Source: Synechococcus sp. (lineage in GTDB: Bacteria > Cyanobacteriota > Cyanobacteriia > Thermostichales > PCC-7336). Taken from it: DNA of 64,000 nucleotides. Position numbers and translations under genes: made by a program. Positions 21,063-30,461 of this stretch are shown here, one piece after another. The stretch spans positions 32,001-96,000 of the forward strand of contig JBFRWD010000078.1 in NCBI GenBank assembly GCA_051439425.1, read 5' to 3'. Below the pieces are notes generated by a model. It did not search any database. It saw only the letters and a list, made by a program, of their open reading frames with translations, and was not told where the DNA came from. Positions within the stretch are counted from its first letter, which is position 1. Each line of letters starts with the position of its first letter.

Positions 21063-21746
21063 TCAGGATGAAGATGCTGCCACCTCTGCAGCGACTTCCA
21101 GATGGCCAGTTTTGACATAGATTGTGCAGCCTTGGGTGCTGAATGGAGTATGGACGCTTCCGGGCGGGTTGCGTAGCCAAGTACCTTGGGGATAAACCCC
21201 TTGCTCGTCTTCAAAGACGCCATCAATCACGTAGATTTCTTCCCCCCCCCAATGCTTATGGGGTTGAAATACCGTACCCGGAGCCCACTTAACGAGGGCC
21301 ACTTGTTCGGTGTGAAAGCTGTGCAGTGGCAATACTTGCAATCCTGGGACGAGGCCGGGAGACCAGACCGCGTCAGCAGTGTCGATGGTCACCTGCTGAA
21401 TATCTTGGGCATCCATTTGCCAGAGCTTAACCAAGATCGTGCAACCATTCTTGCTAAAGGGAGTATGGCTGGAGCCCACAGGGTTGCGGAGATAAGTACC
21501 GGGGCCGTAGTCGCCAGACTCGTCAGAGAAAATACCATCTAGGACAAGAATTTCCTCGCCGCCACCATGGGTGTGGGCAGAAAAGTAGCTGCCGGGAGCG
21601 TACCTTACGATTGAGGTGGCGCGGGCAACTTCGTCCCCATCTCGATCTAGCATGCGGCGTTGAACACCTGGTAACGGAGAGTCAATCCAGGGCTGGTTCG
21701 CGGTCTGGATGACGGCGCGTTCAGTTAAGTCAGCATTGATTTTCAT
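21063..21746 (-). CDS. ChrR-like tandem cupin protein
   Basis: Two cupin repeats: HTHGGGEEILVLDG...YLRNP.GS.HTPFS and HKHWGGEEIYVIDG...WLRNP.GS.HTPFS. Confidence 0.88.
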   Translation of the reverse strand: MKINADLTERAVIQTANQPWIDSPLPGVQRRMLDRDGDEVARATSIVRYAPGSYFSAHTHGGGEEILVLDGIFSDESGDYGPGTYLRNPVGSSHTPFSKNGCTILVKLWQMDAQDIQQVTIDTADAVWSPGLVPGLQVLPLHSFHTEQVALVKWAPGTVFQPHKHWGGEEIYVIDGVFEDEQGVYPQGTWLRNPPGSVHTPFSTQGCTIYVKTGHLEVAAEVAASSS

Positions 21747-21925
21747 GGTTATCCAAAGAACCGACTATGCAAAGTGCAAGCATCAACTCAAGAAATGGTG
21801 TGCTCATAAGGATGGAAATCAGAATACTTACCCTTAGAATTGCTGGTCGTCTCTGATTTCCTTTCTGGTTGAGATTGATTACCCGAATCGATCCTGAATT
21901 GATACTGTTTTGATTTGTAGAGCGA

Positions 21926-22303
21926 TTAGCCCATATGGAAGAAGTTGAGCTTGTTTCCGTCGGGATCGCGGAAATAGCCCGCATAGAAACTCAGCGACAT
22001 GTTGGTGCGTGGGCCGGGTGCTCCTTCATCAGTAGCACCGAGTTCCAAGGCCTTTGCATGCAAGCGATCGACCTCTTCAGGACTGTTGGCCCCCAAGGAC
22101 ACCATGGAACCATTGCCGACAGTGGCTGATTGGCCATTATATGGCTGAGCAATGCCAAATAACGGGGTACCCTTAGCACCCGTGTAAAGGGTGATGCGAT
22201 CGATCTCTAAAACACGTTTCCCGCCTATTTCAGCCAATAAGGCGTCATAAAATGCGGTCGACTTTTCGGGATTGTTGGTGCCAAGCAAGGTATAAGCAAT
22301 CAC
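21926..22303 (-). CDS. VOC/glyoxalase family protein
   Basis: MIAYTLLGTNN...FYDALL...GNGSMV...FYAGYFRDPDGNKL. Confidence 0.92.
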   Translation of the reverse strand: MIAYTLLGTNNPEKSTAFYDALLAEIGGKRVLEIDRITLYTGAKGTPLFGIAQPYNGQSATVGNGSMVSLGANSPEEVDRLHAKALELGATDEGAPGPRTNMSLSFYAGYFRDPDGNKLNFFHMG

Positions 22304-22548
22304 GATCGGTGTCCTATGTTCGGAGTATTTGACAGATGGGCTTCGAGAAATGACTGAAACATACCCGGCTAGACGATTGCGAGAACTCGCACCGAAGAGT
22401 AAGTCAACAGTCGACTATTTGAAGCATTGATATCAAGCCTTTCGCTAGTTGCCCGAACCGAGGACGACAGCCCCTGATGCTAGGGGAAGAGACGCTTCGG
22501 AGTCGCAATGCGAACAAGAAGTCAAACTAGCGAACGCTTACAATAAGA

Positions 22549-22566
22549 CTACCACCTAGTAGGTAG
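22549..22566. promoter_or_regulatory. Putative TetR operator A
   Basis: CTACCACCTAGTAGGTAG, a near match to the palindrome CTACCTACTAGTAGGTAG, upstream of the VOC gene. Confidence 0.7.
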
Positions 22567-22794
22567 ATTTCCGAAGAAGTTCCTGCAATGACGTTGCCAT
22601 TTATGACAAATGCCTACTGAGTGAGGGAGCAAGCGCGGCAACCAGGAGCATTCGGACAACCTTGCCACCGTGCTCTAATTGGAGTTAGGGGGTTGTTGCA
22701 AACGCTTGCCGTGGCGGCCCCCCGAGATCGATAATGCCTAATCGATATGTGGACGACCCCGTTAGCTCAGATCGACATGCATCGGTGATTGACT

Positions 22795-23577
22795 TTAGTT
22801 GTATTGATTGCGGCCAGCCATGACCCCACCATCCACATCCCAGACGGCACCTGTGACCCAAGATGCGCGATCGGAGAGCAGAAATGCGATCGCCTCTGCT
22901 ACATCCTCAGATGTCCCTACGCGGCCAATTGGATGAAAGCCATTGAACCCTTCCAAAGCTGCATGGACTTGCTCTTTGGGAATAAAGCCTTCATAAATGG
23001 GGGTTTTGACCACTGCCGGAGAGACTGCATTGACTCGAATATTGTGTTCAGCCAGCTCCATTGCCAGATGCTGAGTAAATGAGTGTAAACCTGCTTTGGC
23101 CATCGAATAGGCAGATGATGGTGTAGCTTGAACAGCCTGCTTTGCCCACATGGAACCAACGTTAACGATCGCACCGTTATGACCTCGGCTGGCAATCGTG
23201 TTGGCGATCGACTGAGTAACAAAGAAGGTTGCTTTATTGAGGTCTAGATACAGATCGTAGTCGGCTTCGGTGTGCTCTAAGAATGACTTGGGCAGGAAGA
23301 TGCCAGCCGCATTCACCAACAAATTGATGTCGGGGTGCTCTCGATTGAGGCGCTCCAGGAGAGCATTTCGCCGATCACGATCGGTGATATCGGCCTGCTC
23401 TGCAAAGACTTTTCCCAAGCCACTCAGCTCGGAAAGTGCTGATTGCAGCTTACCTGGGTTGCGACCAACCAAGACTGCAGAACCGCCACGCTCCATAACA
23501 AGACGAGCGGTAGCTTTACCAATCCCGCTAGTGCCACCTATGACAAGAACTTTGTGGTTGGCAAAATCGTTAACCAT
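22795..23577 (-). CDS. Short-chain dehydrogenase/reductase
   Basis: [37 protein letters not shown]. Confidence 0.95.
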   Translation of the reverse strand: MVNDFANHKVLVIGGTSGIGKATARLVMERGGSAVLVGRNPGKLQSALSELSGLGKVFAEQADITDRDRRNALLERLNREHPDINLLVNAAGIFLPKSFLEHTEADYDLYLDLNKATFFVTQSIANTIASRGHNGAIVNVGSMWAKQAVQATPSSAYSMAKAGLHSFTQHLAMELAEHNIRVNAVSPAVVKTPIYEGFIPKEQVHAALEGFNGFHPIGRVGTSEDVAEAIAFLLSDRASWVTGAVWDVDGGVMAGRNQYN

Positions 23578-23611
23578 GATGAATCTCCTTGGGATAAGGG
23601 TAGTGAAGTTT

Positions 23612-23629
23612 TTACCTACTAGAAGGTAG
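23612..23629. promoter_or_regulatory. Putative TetR operator B
   Basis: TTACCTACTAGAAGGTAG, about 35 bp upstream of the SDR start. Confidence 0.75.
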
Positions 23630-23646
23630 ATAAAGAAACAAAAAAA

Positions 23647-24222
23647 TTAGGGGGGAGAGAACTTGCTACGCAAAACTGGGTAGATCGCCTGCTCGAATGC
23701 AGCACAGCTGTCGGCCGCTGGACGCGCTAGTAGCTGTGCCCCTTGCAGCATGGCAATGATCCCTGTGGCCTCTTGCTCCGCAGAAGGTTCGCAGTGCCAT
23801 ATGCCGGCATCGCTACCCGATTGAAGAAGTGATGTCAGCCACGCTTCAGTTTGTTGGAAAAACACCTGCACTTCGTCGTGGATGGATTGAGGGAGTACAG
23901 CAAAATCAGCCGCCAACATGGCACACAGGCAGATTTGATCTTGCTTGAGGCCGTCTCGGTAGAGGTTGGCAAATTGCATTAGCTGCCGCTCAGGAGCATC
24001 CCCTGATTGGGCAATGCGATCGCAGGCACGCACCATTGCGTCTCGGTATTGCTCTACCAAGGCCTTCACAAGATCTTCCTTGGAGGGGAAGTGGTAGTGA
24101 ATGCTAGCTTTGCGAATTCCAACCTGCTCGGAAATATCTGCGTAGCTGAAGGCGCTATACCCTCGGTTACGCACCATGCTTCGAGCAACATCCAAAATCT
24201 CTTGAGCGGTGTTTTTCTTCAT
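23647..24222 (-). CDS. TetR/AcrR family transcriptional regulator
   Basis: HTH GYSAFSYADISEQVGIRKASIHYHFPSKEDL and ICLCAML. Likely start is ATG 24222. Confidence 0.93.
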   Translation of the reverse strand: MKKNTAQEILDVARSMVRNRGYSAFSYADISEQVGIRKASIHYHFPSKEDLVKALVEQYRDAMVRACDRIAQSGDAPERQLMQFANLYRDGLKQDQICLCAMLAADFAVLPQSIHDEVQVFFQQTEAWLTSLLQSGSDAGIWHCEPSAEQEATGIIAMLQGAQLLARPAADSCAAFEQAIYPVLRSKFSPP

Positions 24223-24233
24223 GGCGGCATTAT

Positions 24234-24258
24234 CTACCATCTGGTAGGTAGATGTCAA
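24234..24258 (-). promoter_or_regulatory. Putative TetR operator C inside the tetR sigma70-type promoter
   Basis: CTACCATCTGGTAGGTAG (24234-24251) lies between minus-strand TTGACA (24253-24258) and GATAAT. Confidence 0.75.
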
Positions 24259-24463
24259 CATCCTGACTGCCACACTTCAAGTAAAGAGGAGGGGGTGGAA
24301 CTATGAGCAACCTCCAAGCCTATGCTTGATTAAAACATTGAGTTTAGTTTGACGAGGACATTGTGAATACGTGCTGAGTTAAGTCACCGTTGGGGCAATA
24401 CAGGTGTCTCGGGCTGCGATCATGAGTATTCTGCGGTGATTGAAGTCAACATCTGTGTTGCCG

Positions 24464-25087
24464 ATGATTGCATTTTTGATGGGAGAACTCGCTGATATTC
24501 GAGCGGGCGATCGCAGTTCCGTAACCCTGAACGTTGGGGGGGTAGGGTATCGCGCTATCGTGCCTCAACGCTTGGCTAGAGAAGTCGGGACAATCGGTGA
24601 CTCCATTCAGCTCTTTACCCATCTGGTGGTGCGCGACACGGAGATGGTTCTATATGGCTTTGGTAGCGCCGCCGAACGGGAGCTATTTGTCGAACTGATT
24701 AAAGTGTCGGGGGTTGGTCCTTCACTAGCGATTGCCCTGCTCGGCACCCTCACCTTGCCCGAACTAATACAGGCAGTTGTGACTGAAAATGTTCGTATCC
24801 TCAGTCTGACTCCTGGTGTGGGCAAAAAAACAGCCCAACGACTGGTACTGGAGCTTAAATCTCGGTTGGCTGAATGGCGAACCACCGGCGATGATGTACC
24901 GGCGACAGGTGGGCCACCCTCATCAATCTATAGCGAAGTGGAGATCGCCCTGTTGGCGTTGGGGTATAGCTCTGCCGAAACGGTACGGGCCTTGCAGGCT
25001 ATTGGTCAGGTAGAGGGCGATCTCCTGGGACAATCAGTGGAGGACTGGTTGCGGAGTGCAATTGCCTACCTCAGCCAGCAAGAATAG
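24464..25087 (+). CDS. ruvA: Holliday junction branch migration protein RuvA
   Basis: MIAFLMG, VGGVGY, LYGF, LIKVSGVGP, TPGVGKKTAQRLVLELK, ALLALGY. Confidence 0.96.
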   Translation: MIAFLMGELADIRAGDRSSVTLNVGGVGYRAIVPQRLAREVGTIGDSIQLFTHLVVRDTEMVLYGFGSAAERELFVELIKVSGVGPSLAIALLGTLTLPELIQAVVTENVRILSLTPGVGKKTAQRLVLELKSRLAEWRTTGDDVPATGGPPSSIYSEVEIALLALGYSSAETVRALQAIGQVEGDLLGQSVEDWLRSAIAYLSQQE

Positions 25088-25199
25088 CGGGTTGCTCATT
25101 GTCCAGGTTGATTTTATCGATGCGATTTGGTGGAAAAGCCCCGCAACCAGCCTGAACGAAACGCTCAGTGCGTCCGCTGCCCCGACAACACAGTATTTC

Positions 25200-25832
25200 A
25201 TGGTCGATTTGTCTGCACTACCCGAGTCTTGCCACTGTGTAGGAATATTCGGAGGCACATTCAACCCCATCCATTGCGGTCATATGGCCGTTGCCCAGTG
25301 CGCCCTTCAGCAATGCGAGCTGGACGCAGTGCTATGGATTCCTGCCGGACTGCCTCCTCACAAACCTTTGGCCTCTGGGGCTAGCAATCGCCAACGGCTA
25401 GAGATGGTTCGATTAGCGATCGCCGAGTATCCGCAGTTCTACTGGTCAGATGTGGAATTACGGCGACCGGGACGATCGTTTGCGATCGATACCATCGAGC
25501 AATGCCAATCGGATTATCCGTGGGTTCAGCAATGGAGCTGGATTATTGGCGCAGACGCGATCGCCGACCTACCTACCTGGCATCGCGCTACCGAGGTGGC
25601 TGGCTGTTGTGAATGGATTGTTGCTCCTCGCCCCGATACCGCGACAGATCGCCTGCTGGAAAGGTTGGAGAAGCAACTCCCCGACTTGAAAGCCAAGTGG
25701 ATCTCCGGAGTCGAATTGGCGGTCTCGTCCTCGGATATTCGCCAGCGATTGAGGAACGGACAGGCGATCGCCGATTTGGTCCCCACAACAGTCAACACCT
25801 ACCTGAAACAAAGACATCTTTATACTGAGTAA
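25200..25832 (+). CDS. nadD: Nicotinate-nucleotide adenylyltransferase
   Basis: GIFGGTFNPIHCGH, PPHK, WIIGAD, VSSSDIR. Confidence 0.94.
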   Translation: MVDLSALPESCHCVGIFGGTFNPIHCGHMAVAQCALQQCELDAVLWIPAGLPPHKPLASGASNRQRLEMVRLAIAEYPQFYWSDVELRRPGRSFAIDTIEQCQSDYPWVQQWSWIIGADAIADLPTWHRATEVAGCCEWIVAPRPDTATDRLLERLEKQLPDLKAKWISGVELAVSSSDIRQRLRNGQAIADLVPTTVNTYLKQRHLYTE

Positions 25833-26175
25833 AGACCCTATGAAGATAAATATAAATTTTCTGTGTATCTGATGTTATATCTTGTGTGAATTTTAGGTAA
25901 AGTATGAATAATGAACAAAGACCCTTTGGGCAAGAGCGGAGTTTAGTGACATGGAAAAGTTATTTTGGTGTGTAATTTCAGGTGTTATCGTCCTGTCATG
26001 GCAGGTTCACACTCGCAACCTGAGCCTTGGCGTTCATGCAGAGCCAGTCGGCCCAACGACCACCAATGTTACAAGTCAGTAAATCCTTAATCCAACGGGC
26101 GCATCTTTTGGCAACTTGAGAAAAATAATCTGACCATCCAATTCGAGCTTTTCTCGGACTAGTAACGTCCGGCCG

Positions 26176-26189
26176 GTAACTATCGCTAC
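26176..26189 (+). promoter_or_regulatory. NtcA box upstream of the PII-family gene
   Basis: GTA-ACTATCGC-TAC (GTAN8TAC). An imperfect -10 (TAGACC) lies 22 nt downstream. Confidence 0.7.
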
Positions 26190-26235
26190 AATTCAGTCCA
26201 AACCGGGATGTTAGACCAAAAACACCCATTCCACG

Positions 26236-26586
26236 ATGGAGTCGTATCCATTGAAAAAGATATCGGCAATGATTCGCCCATTTAAGTTAGAGGCAATCAA
26301 AACAGCGCTAGTGGATACGGGAGTGGCCGGGATGACCATTAGCGAAGGGAGAGGATTTGGTCGCCAGCGAGGCCAACTAGCGACAGTCAGCTCCCAACCC
26401 TACGGCGATTTTCTGCAGAAACTGCGGGTGGAGATCGTGGTGGACGATCGCTTGGTCGATAAAGTTGTGGAGACATTAGTGACTACTGCCCGGACCGGCG
26501 ATATCGGTGATGGCAAATTATTCATCACACCAGTTGAAACAGCAATTCGTATTCGTACGGGAGAACGCGGCCCTGACGTTTTGTAA
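26236..26586 (+). CDS. PII family nitrogen regulator with divergent T-loop (alt. start TTG 26251)
   Basis: KKI.A.IRPFKL, GMT.SE.RGFGRQ.G, FLQKL..EIVV, ARTG.IGDGK.F, IRIRTGE. Confidence 0.9.
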   Translation: MESYPLKKISAMIRPFKLEAIKTALVDTGVAGMTISEGRGFGRQRGQLATVSSQPYGDFLQKLRVEIVVDDRLVDKVVETLVTTARTGDIGDGKLFITPVETAIRIRTGERGPDVL

Positions 26587-26832
26587 GAGCTTGGGTGGCG
26601 GATCGTAGCCAACGTCAGTTCGACGGAGCTACTTGAGCGGGATATTGGGTCCAAAGCACAAGGAAACGATTAGAGACTTATCAAACTCAGGTTAGTCAGT
26701 ACGGACTTAAGGCTCGTCAATTGGGGCTGAGCTGTTTTGGAGCTTTGATGGAGCGAGAAAACTCTCTACAGCAAATTGTTGACACAATCTTAATTGCGAG
26801 ATGACATCCTCAAACGTCAGCCCAACAAACCA

Positions 26833-27093
26833 TTAGGGAAAATGGTGACGCTGCTCTACCAGAGATTTCAGATATCGATTTTCAGCGGTCAATCGCTCGC
26901 ACTCTTCTAACAGAATCTCCATCTCCGTGCAGGTCTTATACAGTTCCTGGCGCAGACGTTGCGTTTCTTGGCGCCCGCGACCAGCTCGGGGGCTGAGTAA
27001 TGATGCCATCCGCGATTGATTGAGCGCTCGCTGCATCTCTAAGAAATCTTGGGTTTCAAGCTGGAATGTCGCCAATGGTTTGTCCTCATGCAC
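26833..27093 (-). CDS. Small hypothetical coiled-coil protein
   Basis: 86 aa with heptad-like LEECERLTAENRYLK. Fills the gap downstream of tex. Confidence 0.5.
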   Translation of the reverse strand: MHEDKPLATFQLETQDFLEMQRALNQSRMASLLSPRAGRGRQETQRLRQELYKTCTEMEILLEECERLTAENRYLKSLVEQRHHFP

Positions 27094-27246
27094 TTGGGTG
27101 TATTCATCTCATGCATCGAGTATTGACGAGGAGTGTAAAATTTTTGGTGATCGCGATCGCAAAGGACATGTGATGCCGATCGCACTACTGTTTAGGACAT
27201 GTCCTCCGTGTTGCGTGTATCGGTGTCTCAGGCTTATTGAAAACCG

Positions 27247-29556
27247 CTAACGGCGTTTTCGAGGCTTTCTCGGTTTTTGAAACTTTGTTTGCAGATCGGC
27301 TAGGGATGCAGACGAACGGGCATTGGACTTGGGGCGACTGGGGCGATCGGCGATATTCGCTCTCGAACCTCCCGTATCCGGACGAGCTTGCACAATATCC
27401 GACGAGCCAACAGCTTTCATGGACAAGCCAATTCGCTTCAGCGTTTCGTCCACTTCCATCACTTTGACCTTCACCACCTGACCCACTTTGACGATGTCTT
27501 TGGGGTCTCTAACAAATCGATTGGCCAATTGGGAAATGTGTACCAGTCCGTCTTGATGCACCCCAACATCCACAAACGCACCAAAATTGGCTACGTTCGT
27601 CACCACTCCTTCCAATTCCATCCCCGGTTCCAAATCAGAAATGGTGTCGATCCCGGCTTTGAATGTGGCGTACTGGAACTGTTCGCGCGGATCGCGACCG
27701 GGCTTGTCTAGCTCCTGTACGATATCCCGCAGAGTGGGTTCACCAACGGTGTCGGTAACAAACTGCTTTAGGTCTAAGCTCTGCAAGCGATCACTATTGG
27801 CCAGCGCATCAACAGACAAACTAAGGCTATTAGCGATCGCCCCCACGATCCCGTAACTTTCTGGGTGTACCGCTGTGTTGTCAAGCGGCTGTTTACCATC
27901 GCGAATGCGTAAGAAACCGGCAGATTGTTCGAAGGCTTTGGGGCCGAGTTTGGGCACTTTCAACAATTGTTTGCGATCGCTAAATGCGCCGTTCTCGTTA
28001 CGATATCCCACAATATTGGTCGCCACGGCAGGCGTTAAACCGGCAACATAGGTAAGTAGTTCTTTTGAAGCCGTATTCAGATCTACTCCGACAAAGTTGA
28101 CGCAGCTTTCGACGGTCTCGTCCAATTGCTTTTTCAGCAGTTTTTGATCGACGTCGTGTTGGTACTGTCCCACCCCGATTGCTTTAGGTTCGACTTTGAC
28201 CAGTTCTGCCAGCGGATCTTGCAGCCGCCGTCCAATCGCAATCGCCCCCCGAACCGTCACATCCAAATCGGGGAATTCTGAAATCGCCACCTCGCTGGCG
28301 GAATAGACTGAAGCCCCTGCTTCGCTGACCATTACCTTGATGGGCTTGGATGGTAGATCTACGATCGCCTCGGCCACAAACGCATCGGTTTCGCGGCTGG
28401 CAGTACCATTGCCGATCGCAACCAGCTCGATATTATGTTTTGCAATCAAGTCGCGTAGTGTTTTAGCGGCTTCCTCTCGCCGGGCTGCTGACTGATGGGG
28501 AAATACTGCTTGGTAGGCCAAAAACTGACCGGTGCGATCGAGCGCGGCAACTTTACAGCCGGTGCGAAACCCCGGATCGATACCCAGTGTTGGCTTCATA
28601 CCGGCAGGAGCCGCCAACAGCAAATCTTTGAGGTTGGCGGCAAACGTCTGAATGGATTCGGCATCCGCCCATTCTTTCTTGGTGGCGATCGCTGCGTTGG
28701 TTAGAGACGGCTTGAGCAATCGCTGTAACGTATCGGCCAGCATGATGCTGTAAAACTCCCCCAGAGAGCGATTGCGGGTGCGCACAAACTGCTGGGTAAG
28801 ATGGACCAGAATAGATTCCTCATCAAATTCGACGGTGAGGGAGAGAATCCCCTCGGTTTGACCACGCAGCAAAGCCAATACGTTGTGGGGGGCAACTTTG
28901 CGGAGGGGAATCCGGTAGTTGCGATACATCTCGAATTTGGTAGAGCCTTCGGGATGCTTGCTCTTGATTTTGGAGACAAAGTCACCGGTTTTGAGAATCG
29001 TGTCGCGCACGTAAGCTCGCAGTTCTGCCCGTTCAGCCACGTCCTCCGCCAAAATATCTGACGCTCCTTGCAAGGCATCGTTAGTGGTTTCGACCCCCTT
29101 TTCCACATTCACAAACAGACTGGCTTCCTGCTCCAAATCGACGTGATCGCTCTTAGCCACGTTCAACTGCTGCAACTTGTTCGCCAATGGCTCAAGCCCT
29201 TTTTCGCGAGCAATGGTGGCTCGGGTTCTGCGCCTGGGTTTGTAAGGTAAATAGAGATCTTCCAGCTCGGTCTTTTGAGTACAGGCTTCGATTTGAGCTT
29301 TGAGAGCGCCGGTGAGTTTGCCTTGGGCGGCGATCGCTTCCAGGATTTTGACTTTCCGATCTGCCAGCTCCCTCAAATAGGTGTAGCGATCTTGCAGCGA
29401 TCGCAGCTGAGTTTCGTCCATCTCGCCGGTGCGCTCTTTGCGATAGCGGGCAATAAACGGCACTGTGGCACCGTCCTCCAACAGAGCCAGCGCCTCGGTT
29501 ACTTGCTTGGGGCGCAACGATAGTTCGCCAGACAGGATGGAGATAAGTTCGTTCAT
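27247..29556 (-). CDS. tex: Tex family RNA-binding transcriptional accessory protein
   Basis: GATVPFIARYRKE, GIDPGFRTGCK, IGVGQYQHDV and a C-terminal S1 domain (NFGAFVDVGVHQDGLVHIS). Confidence 0.96.
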   Translation of the reverse strand: MNELISILSGELSLRPKQVTEALALLEDGATVPFIARYRKERTGEMDETQLRSLQDRYTYLRELADRKVKILEAIAAQGKLTGALKAQIEACTQKTELEDLYLPYKPRRRTRATIAREKGLEPLANKLQQLNVAKSDHVDLEQEASLFVNVEKGVETTNDALQGASDILAEDVAERAELRAYVRDTILKTGDFVSKIKSKHPEGSTKFEMYRNYRIPLRKVAPHNVLALLRGQTEGILSLTVEFDEESILVHLTQQFVRTRNRSLGEFYSIMLADTLQRLLKPSLTNAAIATKKEWADAESIQTFAANLKDLLLAAPAGMKPTLGIDPGFRTGCKVAALDRTGQFLAYQAVFPHQSAARREEAAKTLRDLIAKHNIELVAIGNGTASRETDAFVAEAIVDLPSKPIKVMVSEAGASVYSASEVAISEFPDLDVTVRGAIAIGRRLQDPLAELVKVEPKAIGVGQYQHDVDQKLLKKQLDETVESCVNFVGVDLNTASKELLTYVAGLTPAVATNIVGYRNENGAFSDRKQLLKVPKLGPKAFEQSAGFLRIRDGKQPLDNTAVHPESYGIVGAIANSLSLSVDALANSDRLQSLDLKQFVTDTVGEPTLRDIVQELDKPGRDPREQFQYATFKAGIDTISDLEPGMELEGVVTNVANFGAFVDVGVHQDGLVHISQLANRFVRDPKDIVKVGQVVKVKVMEVDETLKRIGLSMKAVGSSDIVQARPDTGGSRANIADRPSRPKSNARSSASLADLQTKFQKPRKPRKRR

Positions 29557-29790
29557 AGACAGTGGATACGAGCAGTAGAGCTGCGACCTATTGTGGCAAA
29601 CATTATCGACCAGTTGGGCAGCCGACCAGATGCTGCTAATTACTCGTGAAACAGTGGCATGTATCGATATCGGTGAACGATAGTGCCATCTCGCTGAAAC
29701 GACTCGCTCTATTGACGGGATTAGTGAGGGCTAGGCCAGGAACGATCGAGCCCTAACGAACTGCATCTCCTGCAATGAGAGCCTTCTACA

Positions 29791-30138
29791 ATGAGCCAAG
29801 ATGACTTTTTTGAACGCCGGCGCATTGCCGATGCCGAACTGGAAAATGCACGAGTCACGAAAAAACTCGAAAATCATCAAGCGGATGTAGAGGAACTCAA
29901 GAAAACAGTTAAGAAACTATCCATGACGTGCAAGGCACTGTGGCAGCTCTTGCAAGAGACGTCCGATATTCCCCAATGGGCATTTGAGGAAAAATTTGAG
30001 CAAATCGAGCAGGAATCGGCAGAACGAGCTGCAACCTGTCCGGGATGCAGCAGGGTTCGACAGAAACGGATACCACACTGTATCTATTGCGGCACACCCT
30101 TTGACCTGGATATGTCGCATCGATATTTTGGCATTTGA
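29791..30138 (+). CDS. Hypothetical protein: coiled coil plus C-terminal zinc ribbon
   Basis: CPGC-x9-CIYC near the C-terminus. Confidence 0.7.
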   Translation: MSQDDFFERRRIADAELENARVTKKLENHQADVEELKKTVKKLSMTCKALWQLLQETSDIPQWAFEEKFEQIEQESAERAATCPGCSRVRQKRIPHCIYCGTPFDLDMSHRYFGI

Positions 30139-30461
30139 GCACTCAGTAGTTGCCGTCTTATACAAAGGGACGGAACACTCGTTCCAGGGTAAGTTCTGAA
30201 TAGTCTAGGAAGACGTTGCCGCAATCAGAGGCAATAGCCTATCAACATTTGGAGCATCTAAACTGCTGAATCCCAAGACTTAACGTAAACTCTTGCAGTT
30301 CATTCATTACACTTATCTCCATTCCGGTTTGCTATAAATCCCGTACATCTATTTGCACTGATCGGGATACACTCCTCGAAACGTAGGGATCGATCAAGGG
30401 AGCTTCGCTATCACCGACAGTTTCTCCGAAACAGTTATCAACCTTTACACAGACAGAACCT

